Below are positions 47,441-61,233 of a stretch of 64,000 nt of DNA, piece by piece. The notes under the pieces were generated by a model. The model saw nothing but the letters and a program-made list of their open reading frames with translations. It was not told the DNA's origin and did no database searches. Origin of the DNA: the human T2T-CHM13v2.0 reference genome, Homo sapiens; the NCBI RefSeq assembly GCF_009914755.1, contig NC_060936.1, one strand, 5' to 3'. A program made the translations under genes and the position numbers. How positions within the stretch are numbered: position 1 is the stretch's first letter; every line of letters begins with the position of its first letter.

Positions 47441-47649
47441 ACATCAAATATCAGGCCAAATTGCTACCTACCCTACAGCTTCAGTTTATTTATTTGACAA
47501 ATTATTGAGCATCAATTGGGTACCAGGCTCTGCTCTAGGAACTTGTGTGTAATAAAATAAGAATATTGGCTTTGTCCCTGCTGCCACCTACCAGGAAGAC
47601 ACTTCATCTGCTTGAAATTGGGCTTCCTCTTCAATCAAGAGGAACTAAT

Positions 47650-47764
47650 CAGCACCAGGCCTAGGGAGAGGTATGGGAGACTCGTGCACAACCCTGAGTG
47701 TAAGTGCCTCCTTAAATTTTGTACCCTAGGTAACTTGCTTGCCTCATTCTTGTCCCAGCATCTG
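47650..47764. mobile_element. MER96-like hAT MITE
   Basis: 'gcctccttaaattttgtaccctagg...gcctcattcttgtcccagcatctg'. Confidence 0.6.
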
Positions 47765-48321
47765 GGAATAATAATACCTATTTTACATAGTTATTATATG
47801 AATAATGGAAGCAGAGAGAGGATAGACTATATTTGCCTGGTATGGAAGTGGGATTTGGGAAGGCTTGTCTATTAATGGGATATTAGGCTGGGCCTTAAAG
47901 GATGAGAAGAAGTTTATTAGGTAGGCATTGGGTTGTTCCCTGTAGGTATATCAAGGGGTAAATGATGGGTTATGCTTGGAAATGACAACATGACTTGAAA
48001 GGAAATTATGACAAGAGCTAAGAGTTATTATTATTTACCACCTACTATGTGCAGGATATGGCTGGACATTTTGCAAATATTGTCTTTAATCCTCATAATG
48101 GCCTTAAAAGATTGGTATCATCTATCTTTATTTTACAGCATAGCCTCAAAGAGCTAAGCCCAAAAAGCCAAAGAGTACCAGAAAGAAGTCCTTTCTGTCT
48201 AAAAACACCTCTTCACTGATCCCCAAAATTCCATCATTAACACTTCACCCTTGAGATAAGCACTGTTGGAAATGTGGATGGGTCATATGATCAACTCCTT
48301 ATATTTTTTGGTGAATGAGTT

Positions 48322-48862
48322 ATCCATCCACTCATCTACCCATTCATCCATCCACCTATCCACCCATCCATCCATTGACACACTCATCCCTCCACCAATC
48401 CATCTATCCATCCATGCATCCACCCAATCATCCATCCACCCACCCATCTGTCCATCCATCCACCCACCCATCCATTCATCCATTCATCTATCCATCCATC
48501 CATCCATCCATCCATCCATCCATCCACCCATTCATTCACCCATCCATCCACCCACCTATCCATCCACCCATCCATTCATCCATCTACCCACCCATTCATC
48601 TATCCATCCATCCATCTATCCATCCTTCCATCCATCCACCCACCCATTCTTCTACCCATCCATTCACCTATCCACCCACCCAGCCACCCTTCCATCAATC
48701 CATCCATCCACCCACCCACCCACATGTTCATTTATCCATCCATCTACTCATTCATTCACCCACCCATTCACCCACCCATTCATCCATCTATCCATGCACC
48801 TACCCACCCATCCATCTGCTCTCCACCTACCCATTCACCCACCCATCTACCCATCCACTCAT
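48322..48862. repeat. ~540-bp imperfect (CCAT)n/(CCAC)n tetranucleotide tract
   Basis: Directly visible; explains the H/P/S/I-rich and W/M/D/G-rich ORFs. Confidence 0.97.
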
Positions 48863-50284
48863 ATACCAATTTAATAAGAGATATTGATCACCTACTAAGA
48901 TTTAGTCTCTGGGCTGGGACTTTTCTCCATGACAAGAAGGACTCAGAAGCAAGAAAGTGTATGCCAAAAAAGAAAAGTGGGGCCATAAGAACAAATTTCA
49001 CTTATTTGAAGTTTTGCCTCAGGAGATATCCACATTTATCACTTAGTAATCATTAAGCCACGACACAGCATGATGATGCCCATCCTTCCTGCTGGATAAC
49101 TCTCCCTTCACAGCTAATTGCCTTACATCTATAGCCTAGTTCTTGTCAGTTTTGTCACACTGTTATTACATACAGTAATGGTGTGTAAGATATTAGCCTG
49201 TCATTATATATAAATGTGTCTAAGGAAAACTCATTTCCAAGAATCATTTTTGAAAATGAATCCAGAAGAGAGGTAAAAGCTTATTTTCTGTCTCCAAGGA
49301 CAAATAAAGTAACTCTGAGGCTTGTAACAAGAATCATTTAAGGTGGATATTATACCTCATAGGAATACCAAAGCCAGAATACATTTTGGGATGTTATATA
49401 AAGCCCAGGAAAGAGTTAAGCTGGAAATAGGAAGCTACTTTCATCTTCTAACTGTGCATGCCTTGAGGGTATGAATAACCTAGCCCTTTCCCCACTTACC
49501 ATTTTTCTATTTAGTTTATTATGGTTAATAACATGTGACCAGAAAATCATTTTTACCATTTTCCCTCTGGTGCCATTAAGTTTAATTTCCTTGTTTTAAT
49601 AATACAGCACCAGTGACTTGTCTGACATTAGAACTTTTTTCTTCCAGTTATCTATTAAAGTAATACTTTAATTTATTACAAAATATACATTTCACACAAC
49701 TCTTCCTACCCAGTTTGTGATATCCCTAAGGGCCGAGCACTATCTGTGTACCCAGTATTTTCCCAATTTGTTTCTGACAACTTTTACTGCTGAGATGTAA
49801 ACTGTATGAAATCAGACACTGTGTGTCTTGTGGTGTCCCCAGAACAGTGCCTGCATGCGGCAGGTGTTCAAGAATATATATCAAACAACCAACAAAATGA
49901 ACACCTTCTGCTTTTACCCTCTCACTTCTGACCATACACGAAATAGCCAAAATATTTTTCCACTTGAAGAGTTTGTCTACGAAATGGAAAAGACATGGAT
50001 TCTAATTTAAATGTTGACTCACCCAGAAAATGGATCAACTTTAGCACACTTTTTAAACTTTAAATACAACAAGCATTTGTTAAAGTCCTGCTGGCTATCA
50101 GTGGAGAACTCTATTCTGGGTGCTAAGGGCAAAATAAAGGTGACCCAGACACTGTGCCTGCCCTGCAGGGGCTTAAAGTTTGGTACAAACCTGGCGATTA
50201 CCCGCAGGGAGAACCTAGAGTGACCCCAACTCCCTCCAAATGCCTGGAGTACTCATTGGAGCCATGCATTTGGCATGTCCAGAT

Positions 50285-50530
50285 GAAGATTCAACTTAAT
50301 GGCTCTAGAGATGAATTGCCTGGGTTCAAGTCCTGACACAATCAAATACTAGCTCTGTGATTTTGGGCAACTTAGTTTTCTGCACCTCAGTTTCCCCATT
50401 TGTAAAATAAAAATAAAAATTGGACTAATCTCGTAGCATTGTTGTGATGATTAAACGAGTTCCTCTATGTAAAATGTTTAGAACCATACCTGGTACAGTA
50501 TAAGCATTCAATTAACATTAGCTAGTATTT
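50285..50530 (+). mobile_element. MIRb
   Basis: 'cctgggttcaagtcctg...ctgtgattttgggcaa...cctcagtttccccatttgtaaaat'. Confidence 0.85.
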
Positions 50531-50644
50531 AGTTTATTATGGCTACTCTGTGATAAATTGTATTTTGCATAGCTGTCTTGAGCTACTACTATTAATTTCC
50601 TATTTTATGTTTTTAAATAGAAATATCTTCATTGCTCTTAAGAA

Positions 50645-50895
50645 CAGCAGTCCCCAATCTTTTTGGTACAAGGAACTGGTTTCGTGGAAGACAATTTTTC
50701 TGTGGACCAGGCAGAGCGGGGATAGTTTCTGGGTGAAACTGTTCTACCTCAGATAATTAGGCATTTGTTGGATTCTCACAAGGAGCATGCAACCTGGATC
50801 CCTCACATGCACAGTTCACAGTAGGGTTCACACTCCTACCAGAATCTAATGACACCGCCAGTACAGGTCTGCAGCCTGGAGGTTGGGGACCCCTG
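50645..50895 (+). mobile_element. MER1B hAT-Charlie, internally deleted
   Basis: CAGCAGTCCCCAA...TTGGGGACCCCTG TIRs; 8-bp TSD CTT[A/T]AGAA. Confidence 0.9.
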
Positions 50896-51037
50896 CTTTA
50901 GAATGATATGTGATTGTTATAGGATAAATTATGTAGAGAATGACAATATTTGTAATCTTAACCCCAAAGATAACCATGGTTCATAATTTGGCAAATCTCC
51001 TTCCACATAATAATTTGCCTATTTAAGAATGTGTAGA

Positions 51038-51547
51038 ATATACCCAAAGGATTATAAATCATGCTGCTATAAAGACACATGCACACGTATGTTTATTGCG
51101 GCACTATTCACAATAGCAAAGACTTGGAACCAACCCAAATGTCCAACAACGATAGAGTGGATTAAGAAAATGTGGCACATATACACCATGGAATACTATG
51201 CAGCCATAAAAAATGGTGAGTTCATGTCCTTGGTAGGGACATGGATGAAACTGGAAACCATCATTCTCAGCAAACTATCGCAAGGACAAAAAACCAAACA
51301 CCGCATGTTCTCACTCATAGGTGGGAATTGAACAATGAGAACACATGGACACAGGAAGGGGAACATCACACTCTGGGGACTGTTACGGGGTGGGGGGAGC
51401 GGGGAGGGATAGCATTAGGAGATATACCTAATGCTAAATGACGAGTTAATGGGTGCAGCATACCAACATAGCACATGTATACATATGTAACAAACCTGCA
51501 CATTGTGCACATGTACCCTAAAACTTAAAGTATAATAATAATAATAA
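51038..51547 (+). mobile_element. 5'-truncated L1PA (L1PA3-like)
   Basis: TSD AAGAATGTGTAGA at 51025-51037 and 51548-51560; TTT/AAGA endonuclease site. Confidence 0.95.
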
Positions 51548-52498
51548 AAGAATGTGTAGATATATTTTCAACATAAAAACTACACATACTGTTCACAAAC
51601 AGCCTATTAATATATGGAAATCACCTATCTGTGTCAATATGTAAAGATCTATTTTGTAATTTATATAACCATTACTTTATTGGTGGACATGTAGACCATT
51701 TACTGTTTATATAGTATTTAGAAAGATTGGGCTGCAGTGTCCAAGCTAAAGCATATGTTTCTCATAGGAATGTCATTGAATTCCCAAAGAGCTTTGCAAA
51801 TACAAATGGCTGCATAAATATTTATTTATTGACCATGTTAGGAGAATGGGAAAAAAAGAAGAGATCTTTAAATGCAGAAAATTATATTTCTACAATTTTT
51901 TCTAAGCGTTCTAAAAATGATTTTGACTAGCATGATATAACTATTTTCAGGGTTGTTATGAAGACAAAATAAGGTATTATAAAATGTCTGAACCCTATAA
52001 AATACTCAATAGATGCTGGCTATTATTGCTATTAGAACAGCAATTAATGGGAGACGAGATTAGGCACCAGCTGTCTTTGATGACTTAATCATTGACCTAC
52101 GGAAGGTGAAACAGATCATCTCTAGCAACAACCTTTGTCTCTAGGATTCTGTTCTTTAATGAGTAGATACTGTACTAAAGATAAACTCAAGCATGGAAAT
52201 AAAAAGAGGATAACTGCTCGCCCTGATTCTTCCAACAACTGAAAATTATCCACATGATGCTTGTTAGCTAATAAGAAAGGTTAGAAATAGTGTTTATCAA
52301 AATTGCCTTTGCTATTTAATGACCTGTAGAGAGACTGGCACTTTCAATTAGTATTTTATTACCTCATTCAGCTTGCCCACGATAGAGAGAGATCAGTTAG
52401 GAAAGTGTGTAACTAACAATTGGACATGGAAGAGAAGCAGGAAAGATGATTATTGAATTAGACTCAATTTCTGCTTTTTATATCATAGTCTTTTTATT

Positions 52499-52727
52499 CA
52501 GAGTTTCTTAACCTTGGCATTATTAACATTTGGGGCTGGATATTTTTTTGTTGAGGAGGGCTCTCCTGTACATTATAGGAAGCTTAGCAGTACTATTAAC
52601 CTTAGCAGCATTATTAAGCCAGCCAGTAGCACCTCTCCCTTCCCCCACATAAGTTTCGACACCCCAAAATGTCTCCGGACATTGCCAAATGCCCCCTGTG
52701 GGACAAAAGCACCCCCAAGAGCCACTG
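52499..52727 (+). mobile_element. MER20 hAT element
   Basis: 'aaccttggcattattaacatttggggctggata...aaaatgtctccggacattgccaaatg...agccactg'. Confidence 0.9.
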
Positions 52728-54202
52728 ATACATGCATGTGCATATTTTTGTACAGCATTTTACACTTTGCAAACACATTTAATACTCATAATAGTTGTGT
52801 GAGTACGCAGGGTAGATATTCTCTCTCCCCCTTCCCATTTCAAAGATGGGAAAGCATAATAATGTAATAATAAATGTTGTGAAATCAAAATTTAAATTTT
52901 TAACCACTAAGATGCCATCGTGAGTCAGACAGGAAGAAGACCGATTTATTTTTTAAAGTATTTTAGTAAAATAAGCAGTCAAAGCTTTTCCCCTTTACTT
53001 GAAGACCAGAAAAGGAATACTCAGGCAGCCACCCTCAAAGAGGACCCCCTAAGCAAAACAAGTGTGAAATGCAGCCATGTAACTCAGAGTTAATTTGGGG
53101 TTGAATTCATTAGCTGTAAAAATAATGATGTGATGAAAAATTTGCCTGCCCCTGCAGAGATAGGAAATGGGATAGCATGTGAATAAATGATCCTAATAGC
53201 TGTGATGGTATATCTTTAGGAGGTATGAGCATTCCATCTATAGAGAAAGTCTGCCCATTAATTAAAATTCTTATGGAGAGACACAAAGAAGATTAAAGTA
53301 GATAAAAGCTGTAGCACCAACAGGCCTAAAAACCAGTGTCTTGGAAAATAAAGAAACTGCCTGAAGACAGGGAATTATAATCTAAAGATATTGAAAGAAG
53401 AGAGGTTTCTAAATGCCAAGAAAAGCTAGATTCCCAAGGAGATGGGAAATAAGATGAGTAACTGTAGGAAATCCACCAAGGTCATCAACTCTCAAGCTGA
53501 ACCCTAAGTGACACAAGCAGACCTCTATTAATCTGCACCTGTCATTTCACTGATTGTGTAGATATCAACACAGCTGCTTATTTCTGCTTATTTCTGTTGA
53601 GGCTTTTTACTACACCAGAACTCAGGTTTGTAGACAGTGAAAATGTCAGCACATTAAAAACATTCTGCTTCACATGTGTGAGATAATAGGATTTGGGGTT
53701 AATGAGCTCATGTCTGGGATATCGATCCAAATGTGAATAATTTGTAATTGGCCATCACTCAATGCCCAGGCTATATGAATGGAACACTTTGTTCACTGAA
53801 ATGACTATAGAGCCACAAAAACCAAAACTTGCTCAAAGAACTGGCCAATTGCCAAACAGCATCTCCCCTCCTCTCTCTTCTTATTCCCTGACTTCCAATT
53901 AAATACTAAATTGCTAGGAGAATATAAGATAATACATAGGGCCCATCATAAATTCCTCACCCAGCAGGCCCCATATATAGAATGAAAAAGATGTGATTTA
54001 AGATATAACAAGAGGCCCCCCTTTCACCAGCAAGCATCACTTTGATTATTTTGCCATTGCAAACCCAGGTTTTGAAAGATTTTATCTCGAAATACTAAAG
54101 TTGCTATATTTAAAATATGGATGTTTTAAATAATGCCCCATCAAGCTCTAGTTTCCTACAATTCTATCTATGGTACCACTCTTTTGGATGAAGATACTTT
54201 CT

Positions 54203-55880
54203 TTTTGTTTCTGATTTGGATGACTTTTAAAAAAATTATTATACTTTAAGTTCTAGGGTACATGTGCACAACATGCAGATTTGTCACATATGTATACATG
54301 TGCCATGTTGGTGTGCTGCACCCATTAACTCATCATTTACATTAGGTATCTCCTGATGCTATCCCTCCCCCTCCCCCGACCCCACGACAGGCCCCGCTGA
54401 GTGATGTTCCCTGCCCTGTGTCCAAGTGTTCTCATCGTTCAATTCCCACCTATGAGCGAGAACATGCGGTGTTTGGTTTTCTGGCCTTGTGATAGTTTGC
54501 TCAGAATGATGGTTTCCAGCTTCATCCATATCCCTGCAAAGGACCTGAACTCATCCTTTTTTATGGTTGCATGGTATTCCATGGTGTATATGTGCCACAT
54601 TTTCTTAATCCAGTCTATCATTGATGGACATTTGGGTTGGTTCCAAGTCTTTGCTATTGTGAATAGTGCCGCTATAAACATACATGTACATGTGTCTTTA
54701 TAGTAGCATGATTTATAATCCTTTGGGTATATACCCAATAATGGGATCACCGGGTCAAATGGTATTTCTAGTTCTAGGTCCTTGAGGAATTGCCACACTG
54801 TCTTCCACAATGGTTGGACTAGTTTACACTCCCACCAATAGTGTGAAAGCATTCCTATTTCTCCACATCCTCTCCAGCCTCTGTTGTTTCCTGACTTTTT
54901 AATGACTGCCATTCTAACTGGCGTGAGATGGTATCTCATTGTGGTTTTGATTTGCATTTCTCTGATGACCAGTAATTATGAGCATTTTTTCATGTGTTTG
55001 TTGGCTGCATAAATGTCTTCTTTTGAGAAGTGTCTATTCATATCCTTTGCCCACTTTTTGATGGGGTTGTTTTTTTCTTGTAAATTTGTTTAACTTCTTT
55101 GTACATTCTGGATATTAGCCCTTTGTCAGATGGGTAGATTGCAAAAATTTTCTCCCATTCTGTAGGTTGCCTATTCACTCTGATGGTAGTTTCTTTTGCT
55201 GTGCAGAAGCTCTTTAGTTTAATTAGATCCCATTTGTCTATTTTGGCTTTTGTTGCCATTGTCCTGAATGGTATTGCCAAGGTTTTCTTCTAGGGTTTTT
55301 ATGGTTTTAGGTCTAACATTTAAGTCTTTAATCCATCTTGAATTAATTTTTATATAAGGAGTAAGGAAGGGATCCAGTTTCAGCCTTCTACATATGGCTA
55401 GCCAGTTTTCCCAGCACCATTTATTAAATAGGGAATCCTTTCTCCATTTCTTGTTTTTGTCAGGTTTGTCAAAGATCAGATGGTTGTAGATGTGTGGTGT
55501 TATTTCTGAGGACTCTGTTCTGTTCCATTGGTTTATCTGTCTGTTTTGGTACCAGTACCATGCTGTTTTGATTACTGTAGCCTTGTAGTAGAGTTTGAAG
55601 TCAGGTAGCGTGATGCCTCCAACTTTGTTCTTTTGGCTTAGCATTTTCTTGGCAATGCAGGCTCTTTTTTGGTTCCATATGAACTTTAAAGTAGTTTTTT
55701 CCAATTCTGTGAAGAAAGTCATTGGTAGTCTGATGGGGATGGCATTGAATCTACAAATTACCTTGGGCAGTATGACCATTTTCATGATACTGATTCTTCC
55801 TATCCATGAGCATGGAATGTTCTTCCATTTGTTTGTGTCCTCTTTTATTTCGTTGAGGAGTTCTCCTTGAAGAGGTCCTT
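54203..55880 (-). mobile_element. 5'-truncated L1PA (PA5/6-like), ~1.7 kb
   Basis: ORF2 C-terminal ORFs on the minus strand; TSD TTGGATGAAGA[T/C]ACTTTCT at 54184-54202 and 55879-55897. Confidence 0.93.
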
Positions 55881-57059
55881 GGATGAAGACACTTTCTAAG
55901 AATAGTATCTATAAGCCAAAGTATCCACGATTAGTAACATTGGCAATTTATTAGTTTAACTATCAAAGAACAGAGCCTCAAAGCCTCTGGCTACTAGGAC
56001 TGGTAATTTAAGTGAAGGAAGACAAAATTCAGAGAAACATGAGATGTCAACTTTCACTCAGTGGAGGCTGGAACCGTTGGGGTCCCTGAGAAGCCAAGGG
56101 CAGCAGGTTGAGGAACAAAGTACGAAGGACAGAGGGCTGGTCTTGGCACTGGGCTTGAAAACTACATTTATGATGTATTCAATGTGTAATAATTGGGCAA
56201 GCCTCTTAAGCTCTCCGAGCTTCAGTCCCTATATCTGTGGGTAGACTAATGCCTACCTTAAAACTTACTAGGTGAATGAAACAGAGGATAAAGATACTTG
56301 TCACTTAGGAAGTACCCATTCTAAACTTACTTTCTCTACTTACTTTCTTTCCAGTGTGGCTCAAGTCAGCCCTGTACTGGATTGTAGAGTAATTACTATT
56401 AATCCTGAACTGTTAAAGGGTTCAGCATCTTAAAACTGAATGATTAAAAGAAAAGTGGTCAGAACACGTGTGAATATACAGCTATATTCATTCATGGTTT
56501 ATACGAAACACTAAATATGCTAGATAAATCCCCATTTCTGCTGCTGAAGTCCTGAAGAATCAGAACTCTTGAAATCTTAGCTTCAAAAGTCACATTGCCG
56601 TCATGAGAATCAGACTAAACCAAAAAGCCCCATGAAGAGCTTGAAGCTGGGTTTGGATTCTTCCGCACAAAGATCAACACTAGGGGGAGACTCTATCCCT
56701 TCTCAGCTGAGAGTGATTTGGCAATCCCCTTGCTCGGTTACCACCCAGTGCTCTAGGAGAATTGCCTGCGTAATAACAAGTTCAATAATTGATGAATAGA
56801 GCTGGGCAGGCAGCAGATGCCACTGGAGGGATGTGATGAGTAAAACCCAACAAAATGACAAAAATTTATCTTCCCAAAGTCATTCAGAAAATCTTAAAAA
56901 GTTAAGATCAAGAAAGCCACAGCTCTTATTTCACTTGATGGATCAAGTATTCATCAATATATTTTTATAATTGTATTTTATTTTTTGGTAGAAAAGTTAT
57001 ATTTAACAATTAACTATATTAATGATAAGGTATTAATGATGGTACTGATAACAAAAGTA

Positions 57060-57460
57060 ATTATAATGCCTGATGTGCACAAAGCTTTGTGCGTACTCTC
57101 TTTAAAAAAAATTATTTTAAAAATTCTTCCAACAATCCAGTCAGTAGGTATTATTACCTCCATTTTTCTGTTAGAAAATTTAAGGAATAGAGAGGTTAGA
57201 TGACTTAAACATGGTTAAGACCACAGACTGCGCAATCGGACTGACTGGGTTCAAGGCTCAATTCTACCATTTACTAGCTGTGTAACCTGGCAAGTTAATT
57301 TACCTCTCCGTTCCTTATTTCCTTGTGTGTAAATGAGAGTAATAATAGTACCTACTGCCTTTGGTTGTTGGGAGAGTTAAATGAGTTACTACGTGTAAAA
57401 TGCTTAGAGCTGTGCTTGACAAATCGTTAGCATTTGATGTGTTTAATTAGCCATTATGTG
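57060..57460. mobile_element. Two MIR fragments in opposite orientation
   Basis: 'gtaggtattattacctccatttt...gaggttagatgactt' then 'ctgggttcaa...tttactagctgtgtaacctggcaagtta'. Confidence 0.75.
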
Positions 57461-58825
57461 ACCCAAAGACACATATTTATTATTTTATATATGAATTACT
57501 TAATTACGATTGTACTTGTGTCAGGCACTGTCTTAGACCTAGCAAAGAAAAGATTGTATGGTTTATGGGAAAGGCAGACATTATGTAATTTTCGTAGGGT
57601 GTGATGAGTTTTGCGGTGGAGGCAGTAGGCACCATGCAGTATGCAGGGCAGTGGGCAGGGTAGGGGCCAGGCACGGGATGGTAAGACCAGGGCCCAGAGG
57701 AGAAGCCAGCTGTATTTGAAACAGCAGCAGCAAAAAAAAAAAAAAAAAAAAATGATTCTCATCAACAACTCTGAAGCTATTTCCAAGGCTTATGGATGAA
57801 GGAGACTCTAAAAATTTTAATACCTAGTCTTAACTCAGAAACTTTCTGAGCAAATCATTTGACCCCTGGATTTCCATTTCCAGATATATAAAATGCTGAT
57901 TTCTTAGGGTTACTCTAGGAAAGAGTGAAGATTACTGTATGGGCTTCCATTGCTTGTGAAGAATCTACAAAGGCATGAAAACCTGGTGGTGCGATTATCG
58001 ATGGGTAACTACCTAATTAACCACACATCTTTTCTTAGAAGAGATTATGTCAAAGGAGCACATATAGAGGAAAACCCTCAGGGACTTTCATTACAGAACC
58101 CCAGAGCCAGAAAATATCTTCGGGTTCATTGTTTGGTGGCTTCCAAAGTTTTCACTACTACAGACACCTTTCACTGGTCTTCTATCATGAACTTTATGGT
58201 TTTAGAGATTTGAGCTACCATGTTGCCTACATTAAGTAATTTTGGTTATCCATTTTGATTCAGTAGAGAGCATTTCATTTGTGCAAGATGCAGGTTTTAA
58301 CATCCTGAGCTGATATAATCCAACCAAAATAAAATAAAAATCTCCCATCACACACTTATTGGAACAAATTAGGAATATATAGAAAGGAATAGCTTCATCA
58401 CCACTGTCCAGATTTTGACATATTTCCTTTCAATCTTTATTTTAAGTGCTGTCTTTCTTAAAATACCTAAGATTGTACTGCATGTCCTTAAGGCAATGAA
58501 AATGGGCATTTCTTGATGTGGTGCTGGAGGGGTATTGGGTATCATTTACCCTTCCCAAGCCTGGGTTGTGCTATGTGACCCCCTTCCCACACCCTGAGAC
58601 CCCAGACTACCCTGTCAATACGCTTCTAACACTTCCATACGGTACTCAATTAATCTGTTGCTATCTAACAGATTAAATAGCTTTGATTCCCCCTTTATAC
58701 TGTAAAACTGTGTCTTATTCATCTTGGTGTCACCAGCACTTTGCAACCTATCTGACATGTACAAAGTTGATACTTTTTATGCTGTACTGAAATATATATA
58801 TACATATATACTGTTATATATAAAA

Positions 58826-58859
58826 GTGTGTGTGTGTGTATGTGTGTGTGTGTGTGTGT
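58826..58859. repeat. (TG)n microsatellite
   Basis: Directly visible. Confidence 0.95.
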
Positions 58860-59393
58860 CTAGAAATCTTGTAACTCTACCACTGCCTTTGCATATCACA
58901 GGAGGCTTGGTTTGGTTCTCTTCTTTCAGATTAAAACACTGAATACCAACGTGGTTGATGGACAGAGGATTCCATATATAAGACTGAGTGATTGCCAGAA
59001 AGCAACAGAGGACAGAGGCTGGCATATTCTGGAATTCCATCACTTTAAGATAACCACTATTTATATTTTAGTGGTACAGTAATATCACAATACTCTTTTA
59101 TCCTGAGCAATTTTTTAAAATGTAGACTTTTTAAAATCCTCCTCCTTCCCTCTGTCATTGAGCATTCCTCTTTTTTACCAGACATTCCTCTGCTTCATCC
59201 TAACTCCAACATAACCAGGGTTAGTGGCCAGTACCTATCCTTTCATGACATTTTCCATGTTGTCAGAATCATAAACAAACATAAACAAACATGGAGTAGG
59301 GTTGTCATTTTCTGATTTTCAAAAATAGGCTCATGCTATATATATACTTCCCTAGATCTTGCTTTTTGCCCTTAACAATACATTGCAGAAATA

Positions 59394-61231
59394 TGTCTGA
59401 GTCAGCTGGTTTTGATCTACCTCCTGTGAAGTGGGTCCCATGGTCAGATGCTATGCTGTATGGGATTCCACACCTGCAGATCAGGCATTTGGCAAGCTCC
59501 TGGGTGAGTTTTGGCTGAGGCTTTGCAGAAAGGAAAGGCAAACTAACACCGAGAATCAGTATCTGTCCTGTGAGGTCAAACCACTGGCCCTTCCAGGATG
59601 GACGTGACCCTTTGTAGCTGAGCTGCTACCAAGATGCTGGTGGTGTCCTTGAGAAACAGTGCCCATCCTTTTCCCCAGTCCTCTGACCAGCCAGCTGGGT
59701 CACTGGCCCCAGCCCAGATTTCTAAGAGCGACCCTAGCAGCAAGTTTGCCCCATCCCCTGGGGTCCTTGCCGGCGTTAAACCCCATGTACTGAGAAAGTT
59801 CCCTAAAGTCAGTGAATTCTTGCTTATCCAGTTGTATGTTCTGCCTCCTTGATTAAGCCTCATCAAAATTTATTCCCGAGTGTACCTCCCTGGCTCCTGC
59901 CAGTAAGTGCTATTTAATCTTTGAAGTTCCTTTGAGGTGTAATCTCTTTCCTCCCTTATCAGTCCTAGCACATTCCTAGCTCAACTCTGCTGGGAGTTAA
60001 CCCTAGTTATCATAGAGGCATTCAGGAGAGGCAGTAGAGGCAGCTCCTTAGAGGAACACCTGTTGCTTTGTGGAGGAAGGCCACAGCAGTCTTCCCACAT
60101 GAGGGAAGGGCTAGCTTTTCATCGAGAGGGTTGGGCTCAGAGTGTTGTGGGTTCAGAAGAGTCCACACAGCTACAGTCCTTGCAGGCAACCACCCAGATG
60201 TCCCCATCCCATATTTCAGGATCCTAAGCTTTCCCAACCAGAGCCCTGATCTTAACAGTACAGACCTGACTTGTTGAGAATTTACAGGTCTCTGGAGCTC
60301 CTGGATTCTAACTACTAAGTCCTACACTTGCTCGTCGGCTACATCCATGCTTCCACTGCAGGAGATTAGGGCCTCTTACTAAACTCCCAAAGAGGCCTTA
60401 CAGAGGGGCTCTCCAGCTCCCACATTCAGCCTATAGATGTTCACTCATAGCCCTCAGCTTCTCATTATCTCCCTGCAGAGCATCAATACAACCTCTAAAC
60501 ATCAACTAACATCACTGCCAACATCACTGCATTTGTTCCTCCCCATTGCATTTAAAATATCTGAATCATCAAGGGCATTTCCATCTACCCAGGTCACCAC
60601 TGGTTAAATTTTTAGCAATTGAACTGCACTTTATATCAGGGATTATCCATGTCTACATAATACGTGGCATATTAGGCAGAGTAGAATAATGCCCCTCCTT
60701 CCCCACAAGATGTCTCTGTCCTAGTCACCAGAACCTGTGAATATGTTTACTTACATGGCAAATGGGACTTTGCAGATGTGAATAAGCTAAGGGTCTTGAG
60801 ATGGGAAGGCTATTCTGAACTGTCTGGGTGGGCCCAGTGTGATCACAAGAGTCCTTATAAGTGAAAAAGGGAGATAAAAGTCAGAGCTGGGAGAAATTTG
60901 AAGATGTATGCTACTGGCTTTGAAGAACGGTCTATAAACCAAGGAACGCTGGCCTCTAGAAGCTGGAAAGTGCAAGGAAACAGATTCTCCCTGAGAGCCT
61001 CCAGAGGGACAGAGCCCTGCTGACATCTTGATTTTAGCCCAATGAGACCCATTTTGGACTTTTGTCTTCCAGAACTTTAAGATAATAAATACATGCTGTT
61101 TTAAGCCACTAATTTGTTACAGCAGCAATAGGAAACTAATACTCATGGGGTGGGGTGCTCCTTGCCACCAGTGAATTATCCAACCCCCAACCCATCCTAC
61201 TGCCTTCGTCCTCAGACCACTCCTGGTACCA
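59394..61231 (-). mobile_element. ERVL internal relic (HERV16/ERV3-16A3-like): PBS, gag-like region and integrase core
   Basis: Minus-strand translation LTGTDTDSRC*FAFPFCKASAKT/ELAKCLICRCGIPYSIASDHGTHFT (ERVL integrase D,D motif); PBS-like TGGTACCAGGAGTGGTC at 61231-61215. Confidence 0.8.
60670..61143 (+). mobile_element. MLT1D-like LTR inserted in the ERVL leader
   Basis: 'gaacctgtgaatatg...ggactttgcagatgtg...gttacagcagcaataggaaactaatac'. Confidence 0.88.
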
Positions 61232-61233
61232 GT

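Noticed and set aside
48266-48887. 190-202-aa His/Pro/Ser-rich ORFs
   Set aside because: Stop-free translation of the (CCAT)n tract
57950-58213. 87-aa ORF in unique sequence
   Set aside because: Non-ATG start, no recognisable domain or splice context; length expected by chance
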